A stretch of DNA of 64,000 nt from Mobula hypostoma (GCF_963921235.1 NC_086097.1:125056001-125120000); one strand, 5' to 3'; numbered from the stretch's first letter, positions 1 through 13,274 are shown. The notes: generated from the sequence alone by a model not told the origin. A program made the numbers and translations.

Positions 1-1898
1 TCCAGGCGTGAACTCTGGAAAGCCATTAAGGGAGCCAAGAGGCAATATCGAGCCAAGTTGGAAGCCCAGGCTAACCAAAAGGATGCCAGTAGACTATGGC
101 AGGGTCTAAATGAGATCACTGGGTGCAAAGTAAAGGCTGGGAATATCAATAACTGTGGTGCTTCTCTTCCTGATAAACTTAACGTATTCTACGCAAGATT
201 TGAACAGAAGAGGAGCGTCCAGCTCCTTCCGGATGAACCGGACCTGGTGGCATCGAGATTCATCGTCACCGAGGAGGACATTAGAAGGGCCTCCTGAAGA
301 TAAATCCAAGGAAGGCGACGGGCTCAGATAGCGTCCCGGGACGGGTTCTCCGGGCCTGTGCAAGCAAGGTAGCTGGAGTGTTTGTTGACATCTTCAACTG
401 CTCCTTGCTTCAGTCTAAGATCCCCTCATGTTTTAAGAAGACAACGATAATCCCAGTGCCGAAGAAGAGCAAGGTGGCATGCCTGAATGACTATCGACCT
501 GTGGCTCTTCATCAACTGCTATGAAGTGCTTCGAGAGATTGGTTATGGTACACATCAACCACAGCCTACCGGTCAACCTCAACGCTTCGCAACTCACATA
601 CCAGAGCAACAGGTCAACAGCAGATGCCATCTCTCTGGCCCTACATTCCTCCTTAGAACAACTGGAGAATAAAGACACATACGTAAGGCTCCTTTTCATT
701 GACTACAGCTCTGCCTTTAATACCATCATTCCAAATAAACTGATTCCTAAGCTCTGGAACCTGGCCCTTAGCACTCAGATCTGCAGCTGGATCTTCAACT
801 TCCTCATACACAGGACCCAGGCTGTAAAAATAGGGGACAAGCTCTCCTCTACAATCACTCTGAGCACCGGTGCCCCACAAGGCTGTGTACTCAGCCCTCT
901 GCTGTACTCACTGTACACCCATGATTGTGTAGCCAAGTTTCTATCCAACTCAATATATAAGTTTGCTGATGACATAATTGTAGGCTGTATCTCGGGTAAT
1001 GATGAGTTTGAGTACAGAGAGGAAATTAAGAACCTGGTGGCATGGTGTAAAGACAATAACCTATCCCTCAACGTCAGCAAGACGAAGGAATTGGTTGTTG
1101 ACTTCAGAAGGAGTAGCAGACCGCATGACCCAATTTACATCAGTGGTGCGCAAGTGGAACAGGTCAAAAGCTTTCAGTTCCTCAGGGTCAATATCACAAA
1201 TGACCTGACTTGGTCCAACCAAGCAGAGTTCACTGCCAAGAAGGCCCACCAGTGTCTTTACTTCCTGAGAAAACTAAAGAAATTTGACCTGTCCCCTAAA
1301 ACCCTCACTAATTTTTATAGATGCACCGTAGAAAACATTCTTCTAGGGTGCATCACAACCTGGTATGGAAGTTGTCCTGTCCAAGACCGGAAGAAGCTGC
1401 AGAAGATCGTGAACACAGCTCAGCATATCACACAAACCAATCTTCCGTCCTTGGACTCACTTTACACCGCACGCTGTCGGAGCAGTGCTGCCAGGATAAT
1501 CAAGGACACGACCCACCCAGCCAACACACTTTTCGTCCCTCTTCCCTCCGGGAGAAGGTTCAGGAGCTTGAAGACTCGTACGGCCATATTTGGGAACAGC
1601 TTCTTTCCAACTGTGATAAGACTGCTGAGCGGATCCTGACCCGGATCTGGGCTGTACCCTCCAAATATCCGGACCTACTTCTCGGTTTTTTGCACTACCT
1701 TTCTTCCGATTTTTCTATTTTCTATTTATGATTTATAATTTAAATGTTTAATATTTGCTAACTTTAACTGTTTTTAATGTTTTTAATATTTAATATTTGT
1801 AATCCAGGGAGTGTGAAGCGCAGAATCAAATATCTCTGTGATGATTGTACGTTCTAGTACCAATTGTTTGGCAACAATAAAGTATAAAGTATAAAGTA
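1..1898 (+). mobile_element. Rex1/Babar-clade LINE, 3' part (5' end outside the window); disrupted RT ORF
   Basis: ORFs 58-297 and 521-1639 carry RT motifs [32 protein letters not shown] and KFADD, then C-terminal FYRCTVE...HP...LPSGRRFRS...NSFFP. 3' UTR ends in AATAAAG plus (TAAAGTA)n at about 1876-1898. Confidence 0.9.
521..1639 (+). pseudogene. Reverse transcriptase fragment of the Rex1/Babar LINE (372 aa open segment)
   Basis: RT motifs in the translation; the upstream part is broken by a stop at 295-297 and a frameshift near 505-520. Confidence 0.85.
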
Positions 1899-2091
1899 TC
1901 TCTAACCTGTCCGTCTGAATATCGACTCTGCCTGTTTCCTGATTCTGGTTTTTGGATTTCTCTGGATGTTTTGATCTCTGCCTGAACTTTGACACCGACT
2001 TTGTTTGCACCTTGGGATTTGTTACTCAATTAATCTCACTGTGTGCACAGTACTGGGTCTGTGATTGAATCCCTGCTCCAGCATCCTGACA
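1899..2091 (+). mobile_element. 3' part of an LTR (ends ...CATCCTGACA), apparently interrupted by the LINE
   Basis: Starts right after the LINE tail and ends in TGACA; the GGGTC...CCAGCA terminus resembles the end of the LTR at 20679-22037. Confidence 0.45.
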
Positions 2092-2729
2092 GTAGGGCCA
2101 AAGACCATAGGAAATAGAAGCACAGTTAGGCCATTCATATTATTCAGTCTGCTCCATCATTCTATGGTTGACTTGCTGTCCCTCTCAACCCTATTCCTCT
2201 GCCTTCTTCCCATAATCTCTGATCCCCTTACTAATTAAGAACCTATCAAATTTTATGGGATCCTATGAGGGATCTACAGACTCTGCAACAGGCAGCACAG
2301 TACAGGGCACTGGATGAGTTGTTTGCATTTACACTCTGTTCCATTTTTCCTTTGGAGAACCTCAAAGTGCTCCATTCCTTCTTGGATATTTCTCTGGCAG
2401 ACTGACAGACCTTGGGACAGGAACCCTATGAATCACTGATGCTGTTATATCTTTCCAAGGAGGCTTATCTTTCGATCCCAATGTGGTAGAATTCAGTTTT
2501 GGGAGAGTAATATACAGGAACGATGTGGCCTGATTTTGGGTGTGATTGGGAGCTTGATGTTAAGGATAATGGCATTGAAAAAATGGCAAGCTCCCTACAT
2601 TTTTCTTGTATTCGATTTTCCAGTGCACCTCTCAATTGATGGGATCACCTAGGGCTATTTTGGCACTCGCAGTGATGTTCCCTGAGGCAGAGAGAAGGAA
2701 ATTCTTGTGGAGATACAGAACAGTTTCAA

Positions 2730-2955
2730 GCTATTTTAGCCCAAGGAGCCAGTGCCGCCAACTTACAACTATGTGACCAATTAACCTGCAAACCCATATG
2801 TCTTTGGAATGTGGAAGCTAGCCAGAGCTCCTGGAGGAAACCCACGCTGTCAAGGGGAGAGTGTACACACTCCTTACAGACAGTGGTGGGAATTGCATCC
2901 CTATCTTACAGTCAGCTCTGTACAGCATAACCCTAACCGCCAAGCTATCGTCCCA
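2730..2955 (-). mobile_element. tRNA-derived V-SINE
   Basis: Reverse complement contains the V-domain core GTGGGTTTCCTCC...CACATTCCAAAGAC. Further copies at about 25640-25950(-), 30910-31130(+), 39165-39385(+), 50125-50395(+), 51400-51690(-), 54830-55115(-) and 61545-61780(+). Confidence 0.7.
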
Positions 2956-3319
2956 CTTCCAACCACTACGCTACCATGGGGAGTGGTTGGCAGAAGGCCG
3001 AGTGACAGTGACCCCCGAGGTACGAGAGTCGGCAAGACCAGAGTTCGAAGCTGGGTGTTCAATGTCCAGTCATTCAATGGCGAGCCCAGGGTTCGAGGAC
3101 TGGTGTTCAGGGTATTCGTCCAGCAACGTCAGTTGTCATCATCAGTGAGTCCTGAGGTCAATACTCAAGATTGAAATCTGATTGTCAAGGTCCGGTGGCT
3201 GGAGCCCTGGATCTGCGAGTCCACTGGGAAAGTCGAAGGCCCAAGGCACATCCGTCAATAATCAGACCAATAGTTATCAGCTCCTCCCATTGTGTGGGTG
3301 ACGTGACATCCATGATCAA

Positions 3320-4120
3320 GGGTCAACTTTATACATTTACATTAGGAATCTGCTGTGGTGTGTTGGTGCAACAAACAACAACATTCAACAATTATAAAGA
3401 ATAAGAATTAAAAAATAAAGCTAGAGGTTAAAGTACGGAGATGTAATGAAGTGTATATAAATACTTAAATATCAGCAGAATTGCATCAGCAATGTAAGCA
3501 GAATTATAAAAAGTGGTTTAAAGTGGTAATAGGGAGTGTTATTATAATAATAACATGGTAATAAAGAGGTAATAGATAGAAAGGTTGGGGAGATTAGCTA
3601 GAATGGATGATCAGATTAACGGTCTGGAGAAAAAAGCTTTTAAGATGGCGTGAAGTTTTTTGTTTTAATAGCCCTATAGTGCTTTCCAGAAGGGAGCTTT
3701 TGGAAAAGGCAGTTTGCAGGGTGAGTAGTGTCCACAATGATTTTTCCTGCCAACTTCTTTGTCCAGGACACATACAATTTCTGCAGTGATGGTAGACTGC
3801 AGACAATGACCCTTTCTGTTCTCACAGTTCGCTGTAGTTTTTGTATATGTGTGAGAACGCCGCACCAAACCAGACAGTAATGGCAGATGTGAGGACACTC
3901 TGTAATGGCGGTGTAGAACTGCACCAGTATGTCCTGGGGATACCAGCTATCATAAGAAGTACATCCTCTGCCAAGCCTTTTTGTTACTGAAGGAGATTAT
4001 GGTTCTCCCACATGAGGTCCTGTGAAATAAACATGCTCAGGAGTCTGAATGTTGAAACGGTGCTAACTGTAGAGTTGTTGATGATGAGTGGGTGGGGAGG
4101 AGACACACTTCATTGACATA
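3320..4120 (-). mobile_element. Rex1/Babar LINE 3' fragment
   Basis: ORF 3640-3924: FYTAITE...KLQRTVRT...DTTHPANCLFQKLPSGKHYRAIKTK. Confidence 0.75.
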
Positions 4121-4434
4121 GTCTAACAGATCAGTGCTCCAGTCAAGGTGTTGTCATTAGTGTGGAGTTAGCATTTTCTACCTCTTCCTGCTCTGGCATT
4201 CAAATAGAACCAGCTTGTCTTCCTTTGAAAAGGATTCATAAGATTCTAATGGAGTTCCTTTTTGGCCACATCCATTGCATCCAGAGTCAGATCATATGCG
4301 TGAAGATCATGGTGTGCTGGTTCTTTAATGGAATGAGCCAAAGAACCACTCTGGTTTATTTATCCTATGGGGAAATCACTAAGTGACCAGGGTTCATCCT
4401 GGAGAATTCAACCCAAGGAAGATGGTATTAGGCT

Positions 4435-4810
4435 GTAAGACTATGAGACATCGGAGTAGAATTAGGCCTTACAGCTCATCAAGTCCGCTCTGCCATTCGA
4501 TCTTGGCTGATTTATTATCCCTCTCAACCCCATTCTTCTGCCTTCTCTCTGTAACATTTGATGTCCTTACTAAACAAGAACCTATCAACTTCTGCCTTAA
4601 ATATACCCAATGAATTGGCCTTCACAGCTGTCTGTGGCAATGAGTTCCATAAATTCATCACCTTCTGATGAAAGAATTGCCACCCTATCTGTGTTCTAAA
4701 GGGACGTCCTGGTATTCTGAGGCAGTGTCCTCGGGTACTAGGCTCTCTCATTATAGGAAACTATATCACTCTATCTAAGCCTTTCAATATTCGATGAGAT
4801 CCCCCTTCAG
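4435..4810 (-). mobile_element. CR1 LINE 3' end
   Basis: Minus-strand translation TRGHCLRI.GRPFRT...FFHQKVMNLWNSLP...FKAEVDRFL. The same 3' UTR recurs at about 2104-2250, 26005-26330, 36775-37345, 55495-55725 and 62800-63298. Confidence 0.85.
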
Positions 4811-4925
4811 TTATTCTTCTACCAACCTACCTTACCAAGAAAGATGAACCTGCCACCTTGTTCAGTGGTCTGACCATCACCCACCCACCACATCTCATTT
4901 TAGGCAGCATTGTCAATGTCAAATA

Positions 4926-7044
4926 TTGATGGATGAAAATACTGCTGGAAAATTCAGATCTGCTGGTGGTGTTTGGACTAAATGTAAAGAAAGTATTTTA
5001 AAATCTGAAGATAAAAAAAAATCAAGTTGCAGTTTCAGAAAGAGAACTAATGTGCATGCTGCTGATGAAAAATCTGATAACGATGAGAGTGACAGAGGAC
5101 TGAGTAGCCTTAAGATTTACAATGGGAAAACTAACAATAGAGAAGCAACATGCCATTCACCAGAAGTGACCGGCAAATTAATTAAAATGGAATTGGACAC
5201 TAGCTCGGCTGTTACAATCATTCTGCAAAATGATTTTGAATGGTATTTCAAAGGTACTGAACGGAAACCTGCAGCTATCCAACTAAGAGCAGATACTGGA
5301 GGAAAAAGAACTCCCATGGGAATAATATTTGTAACAGTGAAGTTCAACAACCAACAAGCCACATTGGCCTTGTATGTGGTAGAACAGGAAGGCCAGCATT
5401 GTGGGGGCATGATTGACTGAGAAAACTACAACTTAATTGGAGATCCAGCCACCATTTGCATGCCACATCCCCTGCAAGCGAGTCAACTGAAAGCAAATTA
5501 AGAAAAGTACTGGACGATGTCACAGCAGTGTTCAAGGACGGCAATGAAAAACTCAAACATATCAAGGGTAAAATAGTGTTAAATAAAAATGTCACATCCA
5601 AGTTTTGCATAGTTTGTCTGCTTCCTTATTCCATCCATGATAAAATAACCAGTGAGCTAGATCGCATGGAAGATGAAGGAATTCTTTCCAAAGTTGAGCA
5701 GAGCTCATGGGCAATGTCAGTGGTCTCAGTAACCAAGAAGAATAGGTCTGTCAGGGTCTGGGGTGATTTTAAGGTCACCATTAACCCAGTACTGTAAGTA
5801 GATCAATGCTTTCTGCCCAGGATAGAGGATATCTTTGCAAATGTTTCTGGAAAAATAACACTTCAGCAAAGCGGACTTAGCTGAGGCCTATCTACAGATG
5901 GCAGTGGAAGAAGAGTCCAAAGTGTTTCTCACCATAAACACTCACAAAGGTCTTTATTGCTATAATAGGCTTACTTTTGGAGCAGCATTTGCACCTGCTC
6001 TCTGGCAGAAAGCTATTGACCAGGTGCTGTGAGATTGTCCAGGCACTCAGTGTTACCTGGATAACATCATTGTCACTGGCAAGGAGGACAAGGAGCATAT
6101 CCAAAATCTCAAGACAGTGTTAAAAAGAATAACTCAGAGCATGATGCAACAAGTGTGAATTCTTTAAACCAAGCATCACAGCATGGTCACACCATCGCCA
6201 CACAAGGATTACACAAGTGTGCTGAGAAAATTCAAGCAATGGTGGATGCCCCAAGGCCAAAGGATGTGTCACGGCTGTGGTCCTTTTTAAGTTTTGTCAA
6301 TTACTGTAACAGGTTCCTGCTAAACCCGGCTACTGTGCTCCACCTCTTGAAGTTATTACCACAGACCGGGAAGAAATGGCAATGGGCAAAGCAGTGTAAG
6401 GTGGCTTTCAAGAAAGTAAAGGAAATGGTGATGTCAGACATTGTACTCACAGATTATGATCCACATCGTCCATTGAAGTTTGTCATGTGCTGTTCAGGAT
6501 GCTAACATGTCCAGAAGAAAGGTGTGCAGAGCTGTCAGAACCAGAGTCACTTCTACAACCAACCCAAAGAGGCCCCAGAACCTGAGATTGTTTCACAGCC
6601 TCAAGTCTCACCTTCTAAGCAGAGTGATCTCCCTTGTCAGGAAAGACATTATTGCACAATAATAAGTCTTTAGTGAATGGGACAATTTAAAATTTACTAT
6701 GTTGTGCATGTCTATATAATAGTATTATACAGCGTACTGTGTATATAGTTGAGATGCATACCATATTGAGTTGGAGTTTACAGCTAAGCAGGGAAGAGTG
6801 TTGTATATTTAACATTTCAGTAATACTTGAGTAATATTTATATTGTTTGATTAAACCTTCTTGTTTGTTTAAGTAATTAATTATGGGTTATATATAAAAA
6901 TAAATAAATTGCATACGTCATGATGCTACCATGTGATACATGTGCATCTCTCTAAAATAAAGAACAAACTAAGACCTGTTCTCCTGGGCTCCCGTCTTTT
7001 TTCTTACAATTAGTTTTTATGCTTTGGAGTTACAAAACATAACA
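4926..7044 (+). mobile_element. Degraded, internally deleted Ty3/Gypsy LTR retrotransposon (protease, RT, partial RNase H, 3' LTR)
   Basis: MELDTSSAVTI (protease), VRVWGDFKVTINP and YLDNIIVTG (RT), FLSFVNYCNRF; abrupt jump near 6485 to the integrase end; polypurine tract AAGCAGGGAAGAG at 6786-6798. Confidence 0.85.
6799..7044 (+). repeat. 3' LTR (TGTTGT...ATAACA, 246 bp)
   Basis: TG...CA termini with a short inverted repeat, directly after the PPT; internal AATAAA. Confidence 0.75.
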
Positions 7045-7139
7045 AATGCAAAAAGTGAAGAAGACAGATTATAATCCAAACGTCTCATCCAGCGCCCCAT
7101 AAAATTCCACCTTCCCAATCTTGTTTCAGAGTCTGAAAA

Positions 7140-7495
7140 TTCCTCATAAATTCCTGATTGTTGTTAGGTAATAACTGATCCTGAACCTTGTGGTGCAGGA
7201 CCCAAGTTTCCTGCACCTCCTGTCCAGTGTTAGTAGTGAGAAGAGAGCATGGCCAGGATGGTGGGAGTCCCTAATGATGGATACTGCTTTCTTGTGGTAG
7301 CGTTCCTTGTAAACGTGTGCAATGGTGGGAAGCCTTTGCCTGTGATGGACGAGGCTGCATCCACCTCTTTCCATAAACTTATCCTTTCCTTGGCATTAGT
7401 GTTTCCATACCAGGTCGTGTTGCAATCAGTTAGGATACTTTCCACTGTGCATCTATAGAAGTTTGTCAAAGTTTTTGGTGACATGCCAAATGCAA
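7140..7495 (-). mobile_element. Rex1/Babar LINE fragment
   Basis: [19 protein letters not shown]...WYG and HHPGHALFSLL motifs. Confidence 0.8.
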
Positions 7496-8619
7496 GGAGG
7501 AACCAATTTTAACTCTTTCCTGACAGACAATAAGCTTGATCTTCCAGGCTGGTAGCAGTTCGCGAGAAGGTCTTCTCCTCCATCCTCTTATATAGGACCT
7601 CTATGTATTCCTGATGCACGGACTTGAGGTTCTCAACACCATCCCAGGCTTACCTGCTCTCTTACGCACTCGTGTAGGGTCAGGTATAGAAACTCTTGCT
7701 CTCTGCTTCCCTCTCGAGTAAGGACAGAAAGTGAAAGAAACCCTCAATATTATGTGATGTCAAGGTGTGGATAAAGACCTAAAAGAAGAAAAAGGCATTT
7801 AGCAACTACGGAGAAATGAAAACAATGTAGTCCCTTCAGGAATATAGGAATTACAAAATATAATTGGCTCACAAAATTAAAGGCAATCTCAAAGCAGGTA
7901 ACATGGTTAAGGAGAGAACATAAAACTGCTGATAGACAGGAGTTGAACCCTGATCTGATACTGGCACTGTAAAGCATTATGCCAACTGCTACACAACTAT
8001 ACCACAGATAGAGATATTAGATATTAGGTTAGATGAAAATTATTTATATTTATATTTACCACTCAATGGGGTTTTCTTGAGTCAAACATGTTACTAATAT
8101 TGTAAAAACAAACTATTCAAAAAGAGACAGTGAGGCCTGTAACTTCTGAGGAGTCACCTGGTGAAGCAAATTGTCGGGCTGACCAGCAGAGGGAGAGGAA
8201 AGGCACGGACAGTTTTACCACCCGGGCTACGTTAAGGTCATTATTTAATCAGGCTGAACTGGCGGACTACCTAAAGAGGAAGAATGTAACCAAAGCCTGC
8301 AGGTAAAGTCAGACGGGTATTTGAAATCTGTGGAGCCAGTTCTAGTAAGATTATCTGCAGATTAATAGCATGGAATTTTCCAAAAACATATGTATGATAT
8401 GGACTCAACACATTGTTAAGTTTAATGCACAAAACACAAAGGTGAAATCAAATACATTTGTTTATCTTTTGCAATGGGAAAAAAGGATAAAGTTAAGCTG
8501 TTAATCTAGTCAAGGAAGTTAGATAGCAACGGAATTTTTTTTTGTGCAAGTGTGGTAACCAAGTGGTCTGCCAAAATTGCTGTGCGTATTTTAGGTTGCA
8601 CTAAGTCATATTCAGTTGT

Positions 8620-9285
8620 AAACACAATAGACTCTGCAGTTGCTGGAAACACACACAATATGCATCTGAATAGGGGTTCCCAGCCTGGGGTTCACGGTCA
8701 CGGACTCCTTGCTTAAGGTATTGGTCCATGGCATGGAAAAGGTTGGGAACCCTGGTCTAAAGAGAGGAATAAACAGTCGACATTTTGGGCTGACACCTTT
8801 CATCATGACTGGAAAGGAAGAGGGAAGAAGCCAGAATAAGTTGGGGGGAAATGAAGGATACAAGTTGACAGGTGATAGGTGAAAATCTGTGAGGGGGAAG
8901 GTAGGTGGGTTGGGAAGGGGGGATGAAGTGAGGAGCTGGGGGGGGTGGTGGTGATAGCTGGAAAAGATAAAGGGCTGAAGAAGGAATCTGATAAGAGAGG
9001 AGAGTTGACCATGGGAGAAAGGGAAGGAGGAGGGGTGCCAGAGGGAGGTGAAAGGCAGGTGAGGAGAAGAGAAAGGGTAAGAGGAGACCCAGAATAGGAA
9101 ACAGAAAAAAGAAAGAAGGGGGGAGTGGGGGAGAAATTACCTGAAGTTGAGAAATCAATATTTATGCCATCAGGTTGGAGGCTACCCAGAAAGGAATGTG
9201 AGATATCGCTCTTCCAACCTGAGGGTGGCCTCATCATGGCAGTAGAAGAGGCCATGGACTGACATGTCAGAATGGAAATGCGTGA
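8620..9285 (-). mobile_element. Penelope-like element 3' fragment (GIY-YIG C-terminus plus terminal repeat)
   Basis: HSDMSVHGLFYCHDEATLRLEE...LGSLQPDGINIDFS, then a pyrimidine-rich tract and the terminal repeat with a decayed hammerhead motif at 8774-8811. Confidence 0.75.
8671..8754. mobile_element. Tiny hAT-like MITE inserted in the Penelope repeat
   Basis: Termini TAGGGGTTCCCAGCCT / AGGTTGGGAACCCTG; related copy at 31443-31521 with an imperfect 8-bp TSD (CTCTAGGG/CTCTCGAG). Confidence 0.65.
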
Positions 9286-9349
9286 GTGGAGTTAATATTG
9301 AGCCATCACTCTTTGGCACTTTGAGAGTCAAATGATGTCTAACAGTGTT

Positions 9350-11600
9350 CCAGAGAAGCACATTGGATGCAATTAAGAAGAAGACACACCACTGGCTACA
9401 GTTTGAGGAGAATTGGGACATCACCAGAGACTAACAAATTTCTACAGATGCACCGTGGGGAGAATTTTAACTGGTTGGATCACCGAGTGGTATGGAGGGA
9501 CTACTGCATAGGATCAGAAAAAGCTGCAGAGGGTTGCAAATTCAGCCAGCTCCATCATGGGCACTAGCCTCCTTAGCATTGAGGACATCTCACTGGCAAC
9601 TGTGGGGATGACTTGCAGTGGACTGAAAAGCTTGAGCATGTAGATATTAAGGAAGAGGATGTGCTGGAGCTTTTGGAAAGCATCAAGTTGGATAAGTCAC
9701 CGGGACAGGACGGAATGTACCCCAGGCTACTGTGGGAAGTGAGGGAGGAGATTGCTGAGCCTGTGGCGATGATCTTTGCATCATCAATGAGGGTGGGAGA
9801 GGTTCTGGAGGATTGGAGGGTTGTGGGTGTTGTTCCCTTATTCAAGAAAGGGAGTAGAGTTAGCCCAGGAAATCATAGACCAGAGAGCCTTACTTCAGTG
9901 GTTGGTAAGTTGATGGAGAAGATCCTGAGAGGCAGGATTTATGAACATTTGGAGAGGCATAATATGATTAGGAATAGTCAGTATGGCTTTGTCAAAGGCA
10001 GGTCGTGCTATACAAGTCTGACTGAATTTTTTGAGGATGTGACTAAACACATTGATAAAGATAGAGCAGTAGATGTAGTGTATATGGATTTCAGCAAGGC
10101 ATTTGATAAGGTACCCCATGCAAGGCTATTGAGAAAGTATGAAAGCATGGGATCTAAGGGGACATTGCTGTGTGGATCCAGAACTGGCTTGCCCACAGAA
10201 AGCAAAGGGTGGTTGTAGATGGGTCATTTTCTGCATGGAGGTCGGGGACCAGTGGTGTGCCTCAGGGGTCTGTCTGGGACCCCTTCTTTTGGTGATTTTT
10301 ATAAATGACCTGGATCCAGGAAGTGGAGGGATGGGTTAGTAAATTTGCTGATGACACAAAGGTTGGGGTAGTTGTGGATAGTGTGGAGGGCAGTCAGAGG
10401 TTACAACGGGACATTGATAGGATACAAGACTGGGCTGAGAAATGGCAGATGGAGTTCAACCCAGATAAGTGTGAGGTGGTTCATTTTGGTAGGTCAAATA
10501 TTATGGCAGACTATAGCATTAATGGTAAGACTCTTGGCAGTGTGGAGGATCAGAGGGATCTTGGGGTCCGAGTCCATTCAACACTCAAGGCTGCTGCGCA
10601 GGTTGACTCTGAGGTTAAGAGGGCATACTGTGCGTTGGCCTTCATCAATCATGGGATTGAGTTCAAGAGCCAAGAAGTAACGTTGCAGCTATGTTGGACC
10701 CTGATCAGACCCCACTTGAAGCACTGTGCTCAATTCTGGTCGCCTCACTACAGGAAGGATGTGAAAGCCACAGAAAGGGTGCAGAGGAGATTTACAAGGA
10801 TGTTGCCTGGATTGGGAAGCCTGCCTTATATGAATAGGTTGAGTGAATTCAGCCTTTTCTTCTTGGAGTAACGGAGGATGAGAGGTGACCTGATGAAGGT
10901 GTATAAGATGATAAGAGGCATTGATAGTGTGAATATTCAGAGGCTTTTTCCCAGGGCTGAAATGGCTAGCACGAGAGGGCACAGGTTTAAGGTACAGAGG
11001 AGATGTCAGGGGTAAATATTTTACGCAGAGAGTGGTGAGTGCGTGGAATGGGCTGCCGACGGTGGTGATGGAGGTGGATATGATAGGGGCTTTTAAGAGA
11101 CTCCTGGATTGGTATATGGAGCTTAGAAAAATAGAGGGCTATGGGTAAGCCTAGGTAATTTCTAAGGTAAGGACATGTTCAGCACAGCTTTGTGGGCCGA
11201 AAGGCCTGTATTGTGCTGTAGGTTTTCTGTGTTTCTATGTTTCTATCTTCAAAAGGCGATGCCTCAAAAAGGCAGCATCCATCATTAAGGACCCCCATCA
11301 CCTATGGTATGATTTCTTCTCGATACGACCTTCAAAGGTGAGGTACAGGATCCTGAAGACACACACCCAACAGTTTAGGGACGGCATCTTCCCCTCCACC
11401 ATCAGATTTCTGAAAAGACAATGAACTAACCCATGAAGACTTCCTCCTTATTTTTGCTCTCCTTTTGCAATACTTAATCGATTTAATTTTAAATGTATAA
11501 TTCTTATTGTAATTTATAGTTCTTAATGTATTGCACTCTGCTGCTGCCCCAAAACAACAAATTTCATGACATATGTCAGTGATAATCTGATTCCAGATTA
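9350..11600 (+). mobile_element. Rex1/Babar 3' fragment split by a CR1 insertion
   Basis: Rex1 sequence ...GAGGACATCT stops at about 9590 and resumes ATCTTCAAAAGGCGATGC at 11245. Confidence 0.7.
9591..11244 (+). mobile_element. 5'-truncated CR1 LINE with RT domain (frameshifted)
   Basis: ORFs 9613-10218 (KSPGQDG, PLFKKG, YMDFSKAFDKVPH) and 10305-10871 (SKFADDTK, WQMEFNPDKC, QFWSPHY); CR1 3' UTR ending in (TTTCTATG)n. Confidence 0.92.
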
Positions 11601-12111
11601 CTACTTGAAAGATGCAATATAAATAAAAGTTGATTATTTCAATTTAAATTGCTTAATTATATTTACTGACGAACAGTATTAGGTGCTAAAGAAAAATGAC
11701 TGGGAGTGTTTGAGGTTTCATGCTTTATTGAGAATAAGTGGAAATGAACTTGTACCCTGGTAAGGGAGGAAAGAGCAGCAATGAGGCTGTTCTGTTTTGG
11801 GGAAGTCACAAGCAGTGTTGTTGGAAACAGCTACAAAGCACAGGTGATGTTGATAAATTGTGAAAAGGTGATATGATAGAATGGATTTGCATGAATTTTT
11901 CCACCTATCCCTTTCCAGCTTCACACTTCATCCACCCTTCCCCAAACACTTGCCCAAAACAGTTGTTCCTAGTTAACTCTCCCCAGTTTCTGCCTAATGC
12001 TCTCACAACTTGCCCTGCTCCAGTTTATTACCCTCCCACAAGGTCCACGCTTAACCTTATCTTTTGCTACTGTATTTTAAATCTTAAGGAGTTGTGATCA
12101 TTGTTCCCTAA

Positions 12112-12578
12112 AGGCTGATTTATACTTGTGCATCAAATGTACGCCGTAGGTACCGCGTACCCTACGCCTTAGGGTGACGTGCACCTCCCCAAAAATGTAA
12201 CTTATGCGCTGTGGTGACGCAGACAGCAACAACTGTGACTGGTCTGCTTGGTAGCATCGCATTTCCTGATATGCATTTCCAGTTGCTTTTCTCCGCCATG
12301 TCTGTACACTGATGCAAAATAAATGGTTGGAGACGATGAACCAAATAGTCAAATCTACCTGCCGACATCCGAAAATATTTGAACTGCATTTCCTCGTCCA
12401 TGTCTGTCACGAAAAAACTCAACACAATGGCATAGAAACCCCACTGCCAACTAGCGTTTTGGCCGTAAATTGCAGAGCGACGCAGACACAACTACACATG
12501 CTCGCTACGGCGTAGGGCTACGCAAAAGTATAAATCAGGCCTACGGCGTAGCCTATATGCACAAGTATAAATCAGCCT
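12112..12578 (-). mobile_element. Non-autonomous PIF/Harbinger element (MITE) with a transposase remnant
   Basis: Perfect 22-bp TIRs AGGCTGATTTATACTTGTGCAT; TAA TSD at 12109-12111 and 12579-12581; minus-strand peptide [27 protein letters not shown] resembles a Harbinger transposase N-terminus. Confidence 0.85.
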
Positions 12579-13001
12579 TAAGTGCTCAACCACTGAAATG
12601 TCGGTCACCTGGCCAGGCTCATTCCCCAATCCCAGTTCCAGTACAGCCTCATATCTTGTTGAACGATCTACATATTGATTTAAGAAACCCTCCTGGATGC
12701 ACCTAACAAATTCTGCCCCATCTAATCCACTTGCACTAAGAAAATCCTAGTTTATATTGGGGAAGTTGAAATCCACCATGACAACTTTCCTTAACCTGCC
12801 TGCATATCTGTTCCTGGTGGCTATTTGGGGGCGGGGTCTGTAGTACAGTCCCATCAGAGTGATATTGTCTCTGATTAATAGTGCAACTCCCTCCTTCCTG
12901 TTCTTTACCTCCCTCTCTATCTTTTCTAAAACATCAAAACCCTGGGACATTAAACAACCATTCCTGTCCCTCTCTCAATCAAGTCTCTGTAATGACCACA
13001 A

Positions 13002-13272
13002 TGTGGCGACCCACTTTCTGGCACACACGAACCGGCTCACAACAGCGCGCGCAGGCAGAGGGCCGGCCCCAAAAAGGGCGCCAGGCCATCTTCACCAGCA
13101 GGGGGAAAATCCCACGCGCAGAAAGGGTCTGGGAATATGCATTCCCCACAGCAATCCCGCCCAGGGAAGGCTTTAAAGCGGGCCGCGAAGTTTGAATAAA
13201 TCTCTTTCATCGCAACTCTAACTCACCGACTCCGTGTGGTTATTCTAGCGCTGTGTGTAGCACATCGCTACA
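13002..13272 (+). repeat. 5' LTR (271 bp)
   Basis: Direct repeat of 17055-17340; TG...CA termini; TTTAAA and AATAAA signals. Confidence 0.97.
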
Positions 13273-13274
13273 AT

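Noticed and set aside
8253..8302. Exon-like AG|...AELADYLKRKNVTKAC...|GT on the plus strand
   Set aside because: Weak acceptor, and the neighbouring 8340-8590 looks like a decayed CR1 RT region.
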